A stretch of DNA of 35,505 nt, from assembly GCA_964491055.1 (NCBI GenBank), contig CAZBFD010000001.1, forward strand, positions 1 to 35,505, in the 5' to 3' direction. Positions 33,738-35,505 of this stretch are shown one piece after another. A program made the position numbers and the translations under genes. Within the stretch, counting starts at the first letter, position 1. Each line of letters begins with the position of its first letter. Under the pieces are notes generated by a model. It was not told where the DNA came from. It searched no databases and was given only the letters and a program-made list of their open reading frames with translations. The stretch comes from an uncultured Eubacterium sp. GTDB taxonomy: Bacteria > Bacillota > Clostridia > Peptostreptococcales > Anaerovoracaceae.

Positions 33738-35183
33738 TTAATCCTGTGCAGCTTTCATGGCGTTTTTGTTTTCGTACATATTCTTGTCAGCACGCTCGAA
33801 CACTGCGGCTACGGAATCGTCGCCATCGAATCTTGACATACCGAAAGCAACAACGGCTCCGCCGGTATGGGCGGCTTCTTCGTTCTGGGCTTCCATTTTC
33901 TTGAGAAGCGCATCTATATTGTTATAGTCCCATCCTTGTGAGATAACTGCAAACTCATCACCGCCGATCCTGAATACAGGACTGTGCTTGAAGGTATCAC
34001 ATATGATTCTGCAGGCATTGCAGAGGAGCTGGTCTCCCGCCTGGTGGCCCAGAGAATCATTGGTCTTCTTAAGGTCATTCACATCAAAAGAAACTACAGC
34101 AAATGGCGGCTGGCGGTGTTCCGCGATCTTCCGGTTGATACGAGCTTCTGTCTCCTGATATGCATGTCTGTTCTTGACCTTTGTCAGAGCATCTATATTA
34201 GCCTGTGTATTTGCATTGGCGATACGCTGCTTGTACTGCTCCTCCTGCCTGAAATGAGCTTCGACATCGTTCAGGCCGACGATAAGGCGGGGGCCTTCTT
34301 TTTCCTCGACCATTGCTGCCTTCAGCTGTACGTGGACCGGCCTGCCGTTCATTATGAACCGGTAAGCCAGTGAATAGTAGCCGCTGTGCTCGATGTCAGA
34401 CATGACGTTTTCTTTGGTGAACTCAGACAGGAAGCGGTTCAGGTCATCAGGATGATTGTACATACAGCCGGCTTCACGGACTGTGTTGAAAAAGTCTGTT
34501 CCTTCCTTGGCCTGGGCGAAATTGTCCGTATAATCGTCAGTCGAGCTGAACTCGCGGTAACTATCCGTTTTCGGATCCACGACATAGACGCATATATAGT
34601 TTCCTGTGAGAGCGTGCAGGCGGGAGTAGATCGTATGCTCCTCCTGTATCCGTTCCGCTTCGAAGCGCCGCTTCATGAGCTCGTCTATATCCGATACGGC
34701 TATTATGATGAAGCGCTTGTCTTCTTCAACCCTCGTGATCCGCATCCGTACATAGAACGTTCTTCCCTCTTTTATCCTTCGATATGTAAATTCATATGTT
34801 TTGGATCTGTCCAGGACTTTTGTGAGGTAGTCCTTATTCATAGTTTTTATGAATAACTCCTGGTCGTCCGGATGCACATACGGCCTGGCGTCACGCTCGC
34901 AGCCCTCAAAGAAGTCCGCGCTGCGTCTGGCTTCGGTGAGCACACCAAGCTTATCGTCAGTATGGAATTCAATGAGTTCATCGGTTTCCATATTGACGTA
35001 GAACAGATCTGTATACCCTCTGGCCAGCGCCCGGGCTATGTGAGTGGAAATAATACCATTTTTCCGAGCTTTCTCACATTCTTTTTTAAGCTGCGCATTC
35101 TCACGCAGCAGATCCTCATATTTCTTTGCCTTTTTCGACAGAGCACCTTTGATCGGTCTTTTCCTTAGTTTGCTTGCCTGCAC
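33738..35183 (-). CDS. Cytoplasmic diguanylate cyclase with two PAS-like domains
   Basis: VHPDD and NHPDD PAS-like motifs; DALTKVKNR, DVNDLKKTNDSLGHQAGD, RIGGDEF, ADKNMYENK. GTG start follows GGGGGA; start uncertain. Confidence 0.88.
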   Translation of the reverse strand: MQASKLRKRPIKGALSKKAKKYEDLLRENAQLKKECEKARKNGIISTHIARALARGYTDLFYVNMETDELIEFHTDDKLGVLTEARRSADFFEGCERDARPYVHPDDQELFIKTMNKDYLTKVLDRSKTYEFTYRRIKEGRTFYVRMRITRVEEDKRFIIIAVSDIDELMKRRFEAERIQEEHTIYSRLHALTGNYICVYVVDPKTDSYREFSSTDDYTDNFAQAKEGTDFFNTVREAGCMYNHPDDLNRFLSEFTKENVMSDIEHSGYYSLAYRFIMNGRPVHVQLKAAMVEEKEGPRLIVGLNDVEAHFRQEEQYKQRIANANTQANIDALTKVKNRHAYQETEARINRKIAEHRQPPFAVVSFDVNDLKKTNDSLGHQAGDQLLCNACRIICDTFKHSPVFRIGGDEFAVISQGWDYNNIDALLKKMEAQNEEAAHTGGAVVAFGMSRFDGDDSVAAVFERADKNMYENKNAMKAAQD

Positions 35184-35246
35184 TCTGATCCCCCTGTGAG
35201 CTGCATGCTGTTGATGTTTTCATACCCAAATTCAATATACTCATTG

Positions 35247-35275
35247 ATTATAATCAGCAAACATTAAAATTTCAA
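35247..35275 (-). promoter_or_regulatory. Sigma-A promoter of the PAS-GGDEF gene
   Basis: Minus strand TTGAAA-17 nt-TATAAT. Confidence 0.7.
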
Positions 35276-35345
35276 TAAAGTGTGACAGAATGGCACATCT
35301 ATGGTACAGATAAAAATGTCAGGAGCGGGAAACACCATATATTGA

Positions 35346-35505
35346 ATTACTGCACAAACAATACAGGAAATAGAGGGAAAGTGCGGCGACAACACGACGT
35401 ATAAGGTCTACGGCCGGATAGAATGGGAACAGGATACTTATAATGGTCAGCTGATCTGGGACTACTTTGACACTCAAGCTTTGGTGATCTCAGGTACCGG
35501 TCCGA
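35346..35505 (+). other. Possible start of a BspA/LRR-type surface protein reading frame, running off the window
   Basis: ITAQTIQEIEGKCGDNTTYKVY...DTQALVISGTGP resembles the GxCGDN...LxISGTG cap found before BspA-type LRRs; no canonical start after the TGA at 35343. Confidence 0.4.

Noticed and set aside
35116-35223. 35-aa upstream ORF overlapping the PAS-GGDEF start as a programmed frameshift
   Set aside because: Weak RBS and no clear slippery site; the GTG at 35183 has its own plausible RBS.
35343-35345. In-frame TGA as selenocysteine
   Set aside because: No redox-motif context and no evident SECIS-like hairpin right after it.

Overview
Chromosomal window from an anaerobic Bacillota (Clostridia-like; inferred from gene content, sigma-A promoters and GGAG ribosome-binding sites). 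In order it holds: the end of a folate-dependent histidine utilisation operon (hutU 3' end, hutI, cyclodeaminase, formiminotransferase) with an FCD-type GntR regulator; a DUF2284-like Cys-rich protein; an AbrB/PIN toxin-antitoxin pair; purB-purA-alr; a But-like CoA-transferase; a secreted multidomain CotH-kinase protein; an Fe-S aldo/keto reductase; mntP; four c-di-GMP enzymes; a divergent DAACS-family transporter with an extra N-terminal domain; a TerB-N/DUF2791-ATPase/Lhr-helicase (Shango-type) defence operon whose first gene looks C-terminally truncated; and a feoA-feoA-feoB/HMA/DtxR-family metal cluster with tandem operators. The most notable non-coding items are a 205-bp highly structured MITE-like element (TGT...ACA ends, CGT flanking repeat, palindromic empty site) and two families of short REP-like palindromes. 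No CRISPR array, rRNA, tRNA, integrase or transposase was seen. All calls come from reading motifs by eye; no database search was run.
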